UHGV virus genome: UHGV-0359583
DNA: 49,950 nt
DNA from: a virus
Direction: 5' to 3' (one strand)
The notes under the pieces were generated by a model. That model ran no database searches, was not told the DNA's origin, and saw nothing but the letters and a program-made list of their open reading frames with translations. This document shows, piece after piece, positions 16,152 to 27,300 of the stretch. A program made the translations under genes and the position numbers. Position 1 is the first letter of the stretch. Each line of letters opens with the position of its first letter.

Positions 16152-17258
16152 TTAATATCCAGTACCCCAAGTGTTTGATGGATTGCCATCATTTGGACCA
16201 ACAGGAATGTAAATTCTAGTTCCGTTTGAATCAGAACCACCTAAAAAAACATAGCCATCTGCTACACGAACTGAATCATACTTAAAAGTAGAACCTTTCG
16301 GCCATACTCCGTAAACGGGCGCTGACAAGCTCGGCGCACCGTTGCGAAGAACAATGCCTTCATTTACGCCAATGGTGAATGTTTTAGCTGGTGTTGGTTT
16401 GCTACTTTCCCACAATTCCGCAATATCACCATCGTTTGCATAACCTAGTAATTTGCCGCTGTTTTCGATACGATATAAATTTTTACGACCGTCTAGTTTT
16501 TGTGTAATTGTTCCAACTTGCGTCCACAAACTATCTGCATTGATATGTTGGCTAATTGGCGCATCTGGATTTTTGTAGATTGTTGTGAAGCGAACGTGTT
16601 GACCTACTTTATATTTTGGTGCGTTCGGCTTTCCAGGGTTCACAATCGTTTCTGAGCCATCTTCTGGCAATCCTGTTTGCAAATCTTGGGCTAACTGTGC
16701 CTTATTGATGCCCCACTGCGCTAAATATCCGTAAGGGTCTGTATGATCGCCCCACCAATTTTTAGTAATCCAATCATGCGTTACGATTCCGTATCCTGTT
16801 CCATCATCCAAGTCAAATGTTGCACCAATTTGTGTTGCTAAATCACGAATCAAATTGACATAGGCAGCATAGTCTTTCTTGAATGTTTCTTTATTATTCG
16901 TTCGAGCAAGTTCGATCTGTGCATATGCTTTTGCATTGGCTGTTGCTCCTGCACCCCACTGAATTTGACCAGCTGGCGCTAACTGCTTCACTCGACCGCC
17001 AGAACCGACAAAATATGAAACATAAGCACTCGTCCAGTTTCGTTTCATATATGCCGTTTCATTGTCTAGACTGTTTGGGCCAACGTTGTTCCCATTTCCT
17101 GATTCATGTAAGACAATTAATTCGTTAGTCGCATAACCTGGAAAATATCCGCCAAAATCGATAGGATCTTGTTCCACTTGATAAGCATCTGCGGCAGTTG
17201 GTAACAATAATCCTGTAACTACAACTAATGATAATAAAAACTTACTAAATTTTTTCAT
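16152..17258 (-). CDS. Endolysin: Sec-signal N-acetylmuramoyl-L-alanine amidase (Amidase_2-like) with C-terminal SH3b-like repeats
   Basis: Signal peptide 'MKKFSKFLLSLVVVTGLLLPTAADA'. Amidase-like motifs 'IVLHESGNGNN', 'NAKAYAQIELA' and 'IVTHDWITKNWWGDHTDP'. It lies in the lysis module after the holin. Confidence 0.7.
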   Translation of the reverse strand: MKKFSKFLLSLVVVTGLLLPTAADAYQVEQDPIDFGGYFPGYATNELIVLHESGNGNNVGPNSLDNETAYMKRNWTSAYVSYFVGSGGRVKQLAPAGQIQWGAGATANAKAYAQIELARTNNKETFKKDYAAYVNLIRDLATQIGATFDLDDGTGYGIVTHDWITKNWWGDHTDPYGYLAQWGINKAQLAQDLQTGLPEDGSETIVNPGKPNAPKYKVGQHVRFTTIYKNPDAPISQHINADSLWTQVGTITQKLDGRKNLYRIENSGKLLGYANDGDIAELWESSKPTPAKTFTIGVNEGIVLRNGAPSLSAPVYGVWPKGSTFKYDSVRVADGYVFLGGSDSNGTRIYIPVGPNDGNPSNTWGTGY

Positions 17259-17316
17259 TTTAAAACCTCTTTCTTAATTTTTTATATAAAAAAAGAAGCC
17301 ATTTTAGAATGACTTC

Positions 17317-17514
17317 TTAATTACCTCTATTTGAATCAACAAATCCTTCACCAACAATATATGCAGCTAATAAGCCAATAGCTGCTACTAAAGTGACCAC
17401 TTTTTCAGATGTTAAATCATCCACATTGAAAACTGCTAACAAAGCAATGATTACTCCTATCACTGCAGCCCAAAACTTTCTGCTTGTGAATTTATGTTTC
17501 CAATTAATTTTCAT
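17317..17514 (-). CDS. Holin (XhlB-like, two transmembrane helices)
   Basis: 65 aa with two hydrophobic helices and a charged C-terminus. Confidence 0.7.
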   Translation of the reverse strand: MKINWKHKFTSRKFWAAVIGVIIALLAVFNVDDLTSEKVVTLVAAIGLLAAYIVGEGFVDSNRGN

Positions 17515-17867
17515 TTGGCGCCTCCTAAAAATGTGCTTAACCAGTTAAATAAAATAGTTATTGCTCCACTAGAAACAAATATAGCTAGTATTACTTTCCA
17601 TATATTTTCAGTGTTAAGTTTTTTTAGTTCATCTTTTCTTTCGTCCGCTTCACTATTTCTATTCAAAATAGCATTTAAAATTTCACTATTTTGCTCCATT
17701 TGCTTCATATTTTGTTCACGTAAGAATTTATTTGACTCATCTAATCTAACTAAATTTGCATTTAGTTGCTCTTGTAAGGTCATCGTTCGTCTATCTAAAC
17801 GACCTATTTCTCTATCATGATCACCAAGACGTTTTTCATGTTCTTTTACTTTTTGCTCTAACTCCAA
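17511..17867 (-). CDS. XhlA-like membrane-associated lysis protein (coiled coil plus C-terminal TM)
   Basis: Coiled-coil N-terminus and a C-terminal TM 'VILAIFVSSGAITILFNWL'. It sits just upstream of the holin, as in PBSX. Confidence 0.55.
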   Translation of the reverse strand: MELEQKVKEHEKRLGDHDREIGRLDRRTMTLQEQLNANLVRLDESNKFLREQNMKQMEQNSEILNAILNRNSEADERKDELKKLNTENIWKVILAIFVSSGAITILFNWLSTFLGGAK

Positions 17868-17871
17868 CTGA

Positions 17872-18000
17872 CTAACCTTCTTTCCCTACAATCTCGTTAA
17901 ACTCCTCTTCTGTAATGCATGTAGGTACAAATAGCTTTACTTCATCATCAGTATAAAGACCCCAATCATACATCAATTTAACATCATCAAAAGTAAACAT
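17872..18000 (-). CDS. XkdX-family small phage protein (42 aa; not in the ORF track)
   Basis: MFTFDDVKLMYDWGLYTDDEVKLFVPTCITEEEFNEIVGKEG matches the XkdX family pattern. Its ATG overlaps the stop codon of the upstream gene. Confidence 0.55.
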   Translation of the reverse strand: MFTFDDVKLMYDWGLYTDDEVKLFVPTCITEEEFNEIVGKEG

Positions 18001-18434
18001 TATTTAGCACCTCCCTTAAGTTGCTCATTAATTTTTCCTATTTCTCCAGTAATTTGTACAATGGATAACATTGATTTTGCACCAATCTCAGCTAGGTCAT
18101 TTGCTTTAGCTTTCAAGAGGGTATTTTCTTTTTGGATATTAAGGTCATTGAGCATTAGCTTAGAATTTAGAAGAGCAAGATTATCTGCTTTAGCTTTTAA
18201 TAATTCATTATCCTTTTCAAGGTTTTTATATAATATACTTAAATTATCCAAATTTTCCTTATCTAATTGGTTAGAAATTTCTTTCCATCTGTTCTCAGAT
18301 GGAATAAAAAATTGGTCTTCTAAATTGACGGTTGGTAAAGGAGCTACATCTGTAAAAGGAACTTGCATTGGGAAATCATCAGATACCTGTAGCTCTTGCC
18401 CTCCAGTACGTCCATATTTCCAAACTTTTTTCAT
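18000..18434 (-). CDS. Tail-fibre-associated coiled-coil protein (XkdW-position)
   Basis: Internal repeat 'LLKAKADNLA / LLKAKANDLA'; position after the tail fibre. Confidence 0.4.
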   Translation of the reverse strand: MKKVWKYGRTGGQELQVSDDFPMQVPFTDVAPLPTVNLEDQFFIPSENRWKEISNQLDKENLDNLSILYKNLEKDNELLKAKADNLALLNSKLMLNDLNIQKENTLLKAKANDLAEIGAKSMLSIVQITGEIGKINEQLKGGAK

Positions 18435-18455
18435 TTTTTGTTTTCTCCTTACTCT

Positions 18456-20105
18456 CTATAATATTTTGATTTTGCTTCTAGTTACTTCTGTTCCTGACTG
18501 ATCATAACCAATCACCCATGCATTTTGAGAAACCTTATTTATTTTAGTTCCTACCGTATACTTATAAAAACCATCAGATACTTTTAATTTTTCTCCTAAC
18601 TGTCCATCAATTTCAACAGCTACATAATAAATTTCTCCTTTGTATGAACCTGAAACAAAATCTCTTCCCTCAGCCAATTTATATAAGGTCACATAAAGCA
18701 TATATTTAAATTTAGCATCTGGTTTTGGATCATTGGTATGCCAGCTTCCGTGTAAATAATGATTTCCAAGGCGATCACTTCCAAATCGGATTCCTTTCGC
18801 GTCCATCTCGTATAATGCACCATAGTTGCCTTGTGGGTAGGTGTACTGAGTTACTGTCAATGGAACATTCCAAAAACTTTCCCTCATACTAAGATCAATT
18901 TTAAACCCATCAGGAATTTGAAAAATCGGAACAAAAGCAGTTTTTAGTTTGGTAACATCCATCACATTAACTCTTAAATAAGCATCAACTCTGTTCCCTT
19001 CTCGTGTAAGAAACATATTTGTTTCTTCCCTAAATGAATCTTTGTAGGCTGCTTGGACTTCATCAATCCCAGTCTTTTGATAAAAAAATATGTCTTCTTT
19101 TAACGCTAGTTCTCTACCATCTACTAACGGAATATCCGCAAATTCTTTAGTTCCGCCTATACGTTGAGGTTCAGTTAAATTCACAACATTTGTTGTAAAT
19201 GCAACTTCTTTCCAATCGGTCCAGTTCGAAGGTACCCCACCAAATTGACGAATAACGATAGTCCTTTCCGTTTGAAATAGTTGTCTGACTCCTCCTGGGT
19301 CTTTACTAACGAACAAACTTCCAGAGTTTGGTAGCGGCTTGTTTTCAACTCCTGTAGCTGGAATCGAGTATATGCCAGGTTCTTTAGCATTATTTAAGTC
19401 TGTTATTTCAATACTTTTTCTTACCAATAAGCCGTTTTCAGCATCTGATTTATTGATGAATAGGTTATCTGTTTCTGTTTTACTATATGAACCAACTTGT
19501 GCAGAAGTAACTTTATGAGGGTTTTTATAATCAATCTTATGGCTCGTCAGGTTATCATTTACAGAAGAAGCACTAGCCATTGCAGCATTAGCATTATCAT
19601 TGACTTGTTTAACTGAATTTGGAGTTGCTGCTGTCAATATATCCGTGCTCGTAACAGAGTCAGTCAGCTTCACGATCCCTTTTTTGGTAATTGTTGAATC
19701 TGGAATACCTGTAATTGTTGACCATGGTTGGGTGTGATTTTTTTCTGCTTTTCCATTCCAGCTATTTCTTTCTACATCTGTAATATGTCTAATGTTATCT
19801 TGATCATGCGCATCAAACTCAGATTTAGTTGCCTGCTTTTGATTTAGTACATTTCCTAAACCAACCTGAGTAGCTGTTACCGCATGAGGATTACTTATAT
19901 TTGATTTATGGGCATTAAAATCTTCAATATGTGTAGCACTATCTTGCAATTCTTTTAAAGCTCCGTGGGTTCTGCTAAAGAACCAATTAAAATAATCAGC
20001 TGGTGGTTTTTGTGAAGCTTTCCAACCATCGCTAGTTAAGCTTTCGGGTGGTTTAATACCTGGTGCTAACCAAACAGGCAATTCCTTTGTAAATTTCATT
20101 TGCAT
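18456..20105 (-). CDS. Tail fibre / receptor-binding protein
   Basis: 549 aa; last large gene of the tail module before the XkdW/X-like genes. Confidence 0.55.
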   Translation of the reverse strand: MQMKFTKELPVWLAPGIKPPESLTSDGWKASQKPPADYFNWFFSRTHGALKELQDSATHIEDFNAHKSNISNPHAVTATQVGLGNVLNQKQATKSEFDAHDQDNIRHITDVERNSWNGKAEKNHTQPWSTITGIPDSTITKKGIVKLTDSVTSTDILTAATPNSVKQVNDNANAAMASASSVNDNLTSHKIDYKNPHKVTSAQVGSYSKTETDNLFINKSDAENGLLVRKSIEITDLNNAKEPGIYSIPATGVENKPLPNSGSLFVSKDPGGVRQLFQTERTIVIRQFGGVPSNWTDWKEVAFTTNVVNLTEPQRIGGTKEFADIPLVDGRELALKEDIFFYQKTGIDEVQAAYKDSFREETNMFLTREGNRVDAYLRVNVMDVTKLKTAFVPIFQIPDGFKIDLSMRESFWNVPLTVTQYTYPQGNYGALYEMDAKGIRFGSDRLGNHYLHGSWHTNDPKPDAKFKYMLYVTLYKLAEGRDFVSGSYKGEIYYVAVEIDGQLGEKLKVSDGFYKYTVGTKINKVSQNAWVIGYDQSGTEVTRSKIKIL

Positions 20106-20117
20106 TCTCCTCTCTTT

Positions 20118-20747
20118 CTACAGCGGCAGTTTATAATCATTTTCTGGAATAAAGACTCCTCCCAAAGTTCCTCCGATATTACCATCAATATCAGCGAATC
20201 CTTCTTTACTAATCTCTATATCAGTCGTACTTGAAAATGAAAAAGTTCCCTCCAAATTAACGTAGGCTACTCTAATGCCTCCAGCACTGATACTCTCGAC
20301 AATTTGTAAAAATTGACTAATACTTAGACCCGAACTATTCAAGTAGTCAAGAGGAGCTTTTTTTATGATTACACAAGCAGGTTCTTTTTCATCTACCGTC
20401 TCATTAGCTGATATAATATGGATATCACTAGGATGACAATTTAAAGATGTCGCAATTGCATGTAACATTTTGTCGATTGATCCATCGCTTGTATTTCTAG
20501 CTACCTTTCCACGAATCAATACTCTATATATTTCATCAGTCGTTTTTCCTCTCGCTTGTCCAACATTAGCACCTAATTCATCTAGTCCTTTCCCTCGTGC
20601 TTCATCTATCGATCGCCAGTTTGCTACTTTATTCAGCAAATCAGTCAAGTCTTTAATTTCAAACTCAATAATTTCAAGAAGTTTTGAAATATTTGAATTT
20701 TCGCGATTGAATAGATCTGGTAAATAATCTCTAAGCTTTTTGGTCAC
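20118..20747 (-). CDS. Baseplate protein (XkdU / gpI-like)
   Basis: Position downstream of baseplate J and overlapping it. Confidence 0.45.
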   Translation of the reverse strand: MTKKLRDYLPDLFNRENSNISKLLEIIEFEIKDLTDLLNKVANWRSIDEARGKGLDELGANVGQARGKTTDEIYRVLIRGKVARNTSDGSIDKMLHAIATSLNCHPSDIHIISANETVDEKEPACVIIKKAPLDYLNSSGLSISQFLQIVESISAGGIRVAYVNLEGTFSFSSTTDIEISKEGFADIDGNIGGTLGGVFIPENDYKLPL

Positions 20748-21885
20748 TAGTAATCACCACATTCTCTGTTTTACATTCAGCTGACTCATTTGGATTCAGA
20801 TTAATGTCTTTGACTTCGGTAGTTTCAGTAGATAATCCAATTTTTACATCAGCGACAACAACGCCTGGTATTTGATAAATTAATGGATAAATATAAGAAA
20901 ATCTGACTACTTCACCCATAGTCAGATTGTTAATGTAATTATTTACTATAACTTTTATTTCTTCTTGTCCGTTTTTTTCAAATTTTGAATCTACTTGAAT
21001 AGAAATATTCACAAAAATAGGAACAGATTTTGCATAATCAAATTTAACAATATGACTAAATCCTCCTAAGTCTTTTACTTCAACTTCCTGATTACCAACA
21101 GTGTCAATCCCAGCGGCAACACTTTTAAAAATTGCCTGCCCAATATCGTCTTTCACTCCACCTAAAATATGCACATGTACCGACTTGGGTGGATTACCAT
21201 ACGAATCAGTTTCCATTGTTTTATTTTCAACAACACTAGCGGTCCGTACCCCACTAACTTCTAGCAAAGCAGTTAGAATTCCGTTTATTGGCGGTCCAGG
21301 ATTCCCACGAACAGAAATACCAATTCGGTCGCGATAGGCTTTATCTGTTTCACGTTCTGCCCCACCCTCAGCCCTAGCAGGGTTATTAACAGATGATATT
21401 TCTTCAGTAGGTTCCACTTGTACTATAATAGTATTAGCTGGTACGTTTGAACTAGCATTCTCTTCTAAAGAAATTGCGCGGCCTTTCCCAAATCCATTAT
21501 CATCAATTTTGACTATATCAATCATCTGAAACATAACTTTATTTTCTGTTGAAAAACGTACGCCTTCATTAATGATGTAACCAGGTTTTCCTGAGAACTC
21601 CAGCTCAACCATTGCAACTGTAGCTGGATTTCTATAGATACCACTATTCGCACCTAAACGATCCAATGAAACCCCTGTAGCTTGACTTATGAAGCCACTA
21701 TAATAAACTCTTTCAGTTAGTTCATGAGATATAGATAAAAACCATGCAACGATACGAATAATGATACCCAGAACAGAATGTCCTGAAACATTAACATCCG
21801 AACCAAACAAGGCTTTTGCCTTTTCAGACATATCATAGAGTATTTCATCATATGTTTTTCTTTTAAATCCATTTTCATCAAGCAC
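20731..21885 (-). CDS. Baseplate J-like protein (XkdT-like)
   Basis: Size and position; N-terminal region typical of the Baseplate_J family. Confidence 0.55.
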   Translation of the reverse strand: MLDENGFKRKTYDEILYDMSEKAKALFGSDVNVSGHSVLGIIIRIVAWFLSISHELTERVYYSGFISQATGVSLDRLGANSGIYRNPATVAMVELEFSGKPGYIINEGVRFSTENKVMFQMIDIVKIDDNGFGKGRAISLEENASSNVPANTIIVQVEPTEEISSVNNPARAEGGAERETDKAYRDRIGISVRGNPGPPINGILTALLEVSGVRTASVVENKTMETDSYGNPPKSVHVHILGGVKDDIGQAIFKSVAAGIDTVGNQEVEVKDLGGFSHIVKFDYAKSVPIFVNISIQVDSKFEKNGQEEIKVIVNNYINNLTMGEVVRFSYIYPLIYQIPGVVVADVKIGLSTETTEVKDINLNPNESAECKTENVVITSDQKA

Positions 21886-22225
21886 GTATTACCACCTCCA
21901 CTTCATCACCTAATGTTGATAGCATCTCCACTGTAATATTCAACTGTCTATTGTTTCTTACAATTTCTATATTTTCAATACTATTAATTCTAGGTTCTTG
22001 ATCTAAAATCGCTTCTGTAATATCTTGTTTCAAGTAATCTTCATTGTAATTTTTTCCAAACATATTATCACTTTCTAAACCAACGGATGTATCTAATTTA
22101 AATTCTTCTAGTCGTATTGATAAGATCATGAATACACTTTGTGCAAGTTCTAAATCTCCTTCAACTAGTAAAATTCCATAGTCAATAAATGATAAGTCTC
22201 CATTGACTATTTTCAAATCCCTCAT
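21878..22225 (-). CDS. Baseplate wedge protein (XkdS / gp25-like)
   Basis: 115 aa; immediately upstream of baseplate J. Confidence 0.45.
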   Translation of the reverse strand: MRDLKIVNGDLSFIDYGILLVEGDLELAQSVFMILSIRLEEFKLDTSVGLESDNMFGKNYNEDYLKQDITEAILDQEPRINSIENIEIVRNNRQLNITVEMLSTLGDEVEVVIRA

Positions 22226-22557
22226 TAAGCAATCACCCCCATAATAACAGCGTCATTTTGACTATGCATTCTATCAGATGATAATGAATAATCAGCAGAA
22301 CTTCTATAATTATCTATGTCACGATCACAAAAAACTACTACTACAACCGCTCCCTGTGAGATATCAGACTGACAATGCTTAGTGATCAACGCGTTTAGTA
22401 TTAATGCTCTTTTGCCTCCATCTGATTTTAATGCCATTGGCTGAACATCAGCTCTTGCACCTTTTACAGTGACAACTCGACATAGTTGCATAACATTAAT
22501 TTCTTTTAAAATTCTATTTTTAAATGATCGAAAAAAAGCTAAGTCAGTTTCTTTCAT
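22225..22557 (-). CDS. Tail/baseplate protein (XkdR-position)
   Basis: Gene order. Confidence 0.4.
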   Translation of the reverse strand: MKETDLAFFRSFKNRILKEINVMQLCRVVTVKGARADVQPMALKSDGGKRALILNALITKHCQSDISQGAVVVVVFCDRDIDNYRSSADYSLSSDRMHSQNDAVIMGVIA

Positions 22558-23387
22558 TAGGTTACCACCTCACACGTTGTAACAAATCGACTACCATCAT
22601 AGGAGTGCTGGCCATTTTTTACATAAAAATTTCCTTTTACATTTTTTGAATCGATATAGACTGCTGTACCTGTAGTGATTTTATGTTGCAAAAGACACTC
22701 AACAGACCAACCAGTATAATCATGACTTTCAACTTTTGTTGGTTGGTTAATAAGTCCCGTTTCAGGACTTAATCTGTATCTCTCTTTATTTCCATCTCGA
22801 AAATTTTTAATTACAAGTTGACCTCTTTTAAAATATAGTGATGTGTCACAAGCTTTGGAAATCTCTTCTAAAACCATCATTGCTTGGCCATCAGCTGTGT
22901 AGCCAGACCCATATATTTTATTATTTTTTAACTTAATTTCTGACAAAGGAATATTTGCTTCCCTAGCAACTCGATTTATAATAGTATGAGCATCCGTTCC
23001 ATTATTAAAAGTAATATTTACTTCTTTTTGTTCCGAGTAATCTTTACCTTCTAAAAAAGTAAATGTTGTTGCTCTATCTACTCCGTTTAGAACAGAGGGT
23101 TTTACTTCTGCTATCGTTCCTGACGTAATCACTCCATTTGAAGTACCTGCGTATCCTGCGTGGATATAGACTGGATTTCCTTTCTTAATAAAATCAATAC
23201 TTTTTTTATTTAAATTGTATATTGTCACACTCACTTCAGATGGATTAGGTGAGTCAGAAAAAGGTGCTGTAAAGTGAATTTCTAACCGATCCAACCTGCC
23301 TGAATCAGCTCTTAGTAGAACTCGATTCTTCCCATTCTTGTCGTGTATTTCAATTTGTAATAATCGTTGCCATTGCGTATTTCCCAT
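22557..23387 (-). CDS. Tail/baseplate hub protein (XkdQ-position)
   Basis: Gene order. Confidence 0.4.
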   Translation of the reverse strand: MGNTQWQRLLQIEIHDKNGKNRVLLRADSGRLDRLEIHFTAPFSDSPNPSEVSVTIYNLNKKSIDFIKKGNPVYIHAGYAGTSNGVITSGTIAEVKPSVLNGVDRATTFTFLEGKDYSEQKEVNITFNNGTDAHTIINRVAREANIPLSEIKLKNNKIYGSGYTADGQAMMVLEEISKACDTSLYFKRGQLVIKNFRDGNKERYRLSPETGLINQPTKVESHDYTGWSVECLLQHKITTGTAVYIDSKNVKGNFYVKNGQHSYDGSRFVTTCEVVT

Positions 23388-23750
23388 TTAATTATCTTCC
23401 CTTTCCAAACTTGGAACATTATAATTCGGAGGTAAATCATCTATATAAAGGAAAACCTGAATACCAAAATTTTCAAAAGTTATTTCTTTTGAAGCTCCCG
23501 ACTCATCCATCGGCACCAAATCTGCTGAAGGTAAACGAGTATCTACAATGTCTTGCCAAAGTCTTTCATCGATTACCATACGCTCACCAATAGCTATCGG
23601 TGTATGATCTATGTCATATAGATCTACAGTAAAAAATTTTTCTGTTTGATTATAGTCCACCTCAAAAATGTAATTTGTATTACCTAAAGGTATTTCGAAT
23701 TTTTCAGGTAATGAATATTTATCAATAGGAATATATGCTCTTAAAGACAT
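23388..23750 (-). CDS. Tail protein, hypothetical
   Basis: Gene order. Confidence 0.4.
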   Translation of the reverse strand: MSLRAYIPIDKYSLPEKFEIPLGNTNYIFEVDYNQTEKFFTVDLYDIDHTPIAIGERMVIDERLWQDIVDTRLPSADLVPMDESGASKEITFENFGIQVFLYIDDLPPNYNVPSLEREDN

Positions 23751-23759
23751 TTAGTCACC

Positions 23760-24317
23760 TCATTTCACACGCGCACGAGCGCCTATGGGTATAAATCTAT
23801 CTGGCCACTTGTTCCAATCTCTTAATTGCTGAATAGACGTACCATATTGTTGCCACCAACCCCAATAAGTATTTCCTGGCTGAACTGTCACATATACCGC
23901 ATTACTTGGTTTCGAAGGTTGTTTTGCAACTGGCGGTTGTGGAATCTTCTCCCAAATAGTCTTAGCTACACGTATGGGTTGTAACGTAATTGTTATAGTG
24001 AAACCATTTTCCACTGTGTCATACCCTTTACTGATATCTTGTATAACTGCATTTTTAAAATATGATCTGCCTCGATAAACAATCCAACGAACATCTTTTT
24101 GCCATGCAACTAATGTATTGTAAGCTTGCTCTGCAGCGTTACCATTTTTAGCGAGAATCCAGCCACTAATTGTGACTGGACCGCCTGTATACATCATATT
24201 GTCAGTGATTGGTGCTCCTGATTCAACAGGATATTGAGATACATTAGCAGCACTGGTTACAGTCTCACTGACGTTTACAATCTCAACTTTAGATTTACCA
24301 CTCTGAATGTATCCCAT
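23760..24317 (-). CDS. LysM-domain tail protein (XkdP-like)
   Basis: C-terminal 'YVTVQPGNTYWGWWQQYGTSIQQLRDWNKW' is LysM-like. It lies immediately after the tape-measure protein. Confidence 0.5.
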   Translation of the reverse strand: MGYIQSGKSKVEIVNVSETVTSAANVSQYPVESGAPITDNMMYTGGPVTISGWILAKNGNAAEQAYNTLVAWQKDVRWIVYRGRSYFKNAVIQDISKGYDTVENGFTITITLQPIRVAKTIWEKIPQPPVAKQPSKPSNAVYVTVQPGNTYWGWWQQYGTSIQQLRDWNKWPDRFIPIGARARVK

Positions 24318-27300
24318 TAAACAACCTCTCCTGTTCCTAGAATATTAAGTAATTTTGCATACTCATCTTCTAATGCTTGTCTTACAGCCTCTTTAATATC
24401 ACCAACAACAGATTTATCAGAATTATTCCCAACATTGATAGTAATATTAGGACTAAAATTAACAGATGGAGATCCTTGATTAAAGAGCGCTTTAGTTTTT
24501 TCATGAGGATGTACAGTTCCAGCTGTATCTGCTTCGAACAATTCTGGTCCATTCTCTCCTACTAAAACTGTTTCACCTTTTGAAGGGCGGCCTCCCTTTG
24601 CATAAGCCCTTAATCTATGACCTGTTGGTCCCCATCCAGAATGTCCATACGGCAAATCTGTTCTCCAATTAGAATTATTGAAAAATGCCATTAGTTGATG
24701 GAAACCATTCATTATATTTTCATATCCACGTACTTTATATGCATCAAAAGTTTGAGGAATGTACTGAAGCAATCCTCGAGCTGGGTTTCCACTAGCTGTA
24801 TTTACATCCCAAACAGCAGAACTTTGAATAATACTTTGGTTACCACTAGACTCCCTCTGTATTTGAGCTAAAATGCCGTTTACTTCTGCATCACTTACTT
24901 GTTGATTCATTTGTTTTGCAGCTTTTCTAACTTGAGGACCCCATCCTGCAGCACCTACCGCCACACCACCAGCAGCTCCGCCATAAGTATCAGGATTTAC
25001 GTGTTGGCCATTTGGTCCGCCTTTTCTAAGTTCATAATGAACATGAGGACCAGTTGACCAACCAGAAGAACCTACATCACCGACGATTTGACCAGCTTTA
25101 ACTTTATCGCCCATCTTAGCTCTTATGCGGCTCATATGTCCATACATAGCCCATAGATTATCAGCAACTTTAATTCCTACGTGCTCACCTAATCCAATGG
25201 AAGAAGATTGAACCCAATCAACCAAACCAGGATATTGAGCTGGAATAGGCGTTCCAGTTGGAGCAGCATAATCAATACCCGTGTGAAAATCCCCATAGAG
25301 GCCTGGTCGCTTACCATAATCAGAAGTACGAACAAATGGTGATCCAAAATGTGGAGCAAAAGCACCTGAGCCAAAAGAGACACCATCTTCCGAATCAAAA
25401 AAACCTTTGAAAGCTTCAAGTTTATTTTTCACCCATTCGGCACTGGTGTCTTTTAGTTTGTTCATGACACCATGTCCCAAACCTTGGATATTTTTACCCT
25501 TTTTATAAGTGTTATGCTTATTAAATAAGCCAGTCACTTTTCCAATCGGGTCTGATAGCCAATCTTTTGCTGTTTCAGCTATATCTTTAGTTTTTTCTAT
25601 AGCTTTCGTTCCTACTTCTTTTGCTTTATCTACTGCATTAGATCCAAAGTCTTTTAATTTATCAACAGTATTTGCACCGAAATCCTTAGCACTATCAACA
25701 AAATCAGAAAGCCCATTTCCTTTACCTTTATGGAAACCTGGTAAAACTGTTCCTTGCCCCATACCACCATTTAATACAGCTTTTGTATCTGAATGGTTTA
25801 AAATCCGTTCACCCGATGTTACATTAGTAACTTCTGGACCATTTGATCCTAATAAACGCATTGAAGAAGTGCTCTTGTTATATGCTAATTCAACACCTTC
25901 TTCACCAACTAGAGCTTGACCACTGTATGATGCACCACGAGATCCTGTGCTAAAAGAGCGACCATGCTTGTTTTTAGTAGAATTAGGTGTATTCGGTTTC
26001 CATTCTGGTATTTTAGGAATACTAAAGAAATCTAATACGACATTAATACCACCTGTAACAGCATTTACTTTATCGGCGAGTCCTGTTTTAAAATTATCCC
26101 AAGTTTCTAATGCTCCAGACACAACTTTATCCATAGCTTCACCAAAGGCCTTACCAAAACTTTTAGCGCCTTCAACTGTTCCGTCCCAAATTTCTTTAAA
26201 TTTCTTTTTGGAATCCTTTTTAAAGACTTCCCATTTAGATAATGTTTGTCCAGTTTCCCAGTCCACTTGTTCAAGATGACCTTCCGCTTGCTTTTTAGCC
26301 TGTGTTACAACATCTTCATGTTGTTTTTCTGCTTCTTTGACTACACCGTCTCTTTGTTCTTGGGCTTTTTTTAATGCATCATCATATTGTTGTTGAGTAA
26401 TAGTACCATTGACATATCTTTCTTCATCTAAAATGCGCTTTGTTTCTTCATATTTTTCATTTGCAGATTTAATTGTACCTTCTTTTGCTTTATATGAAGC
26501 TGCTACAGCATCAGCAGCCTGTTGCGCGCTAATCTCACCTGATGCATTTTTCAAATTACCCATAATGATTTTTTGCTCTTTAGCTGAATCTGATAATGCA
26601 ACAACAGCTTGATTTTTCATATCTTCATGAATCGACTTATTAGCAGCAGCATGTTTTTCTTCAACAGCACGTACAGCAGCAGCTGAGGTTTTTTCTAACG
26701 ATTCAATTTCTTTTTTATCGTTTTCTGATAGTTCTCGATTTTCTAATCTTGCTTTTTCTTTGATTTCATTGATACGATTTGTGTAATACTCTGTAGCAGT
26801 AATAGATTCATCATATTCTTGTTTTTCTAATTTCTTGAAATCTTGAACTTTTTCAGAGAACATATTTGTTCGTACTTTTGCTAATTCGTCAGCGGCAGCC
26901 TTGGCTCCTTGTGCATCCTTTTCATTTAGAATTCCCATACTAGCTAATTTATCAAGATTGCTATTAGATTTATCTTTCTTTTTATCCAGCTGTTTAGTAA
27001 CTTGATTCTGCATGTCTTCTAAAGCTTTATATCGCTTAGTAACTTCTTCATTGGTGAGAACTCGTCCTTCAATTTTACCTGTAGTGTCTTGATTAACAAG
27101 AAGCTCATAGTTTTTCATAAAAGAGTTCATCCGCTTAGCAGTAGCTTTAGATACACCATTACCAGATTTAGTAGTATTATCAAACGGCTTTTCGAATAAA
27201 TCTTTTGCTGAAGCTTTGATTTCTTTTATTCCTGATTTGCTTTTTTTGACTGCTTTATCAATACCTTGAACTAGAGGACCCAATAAAAAATTATCCTTTG

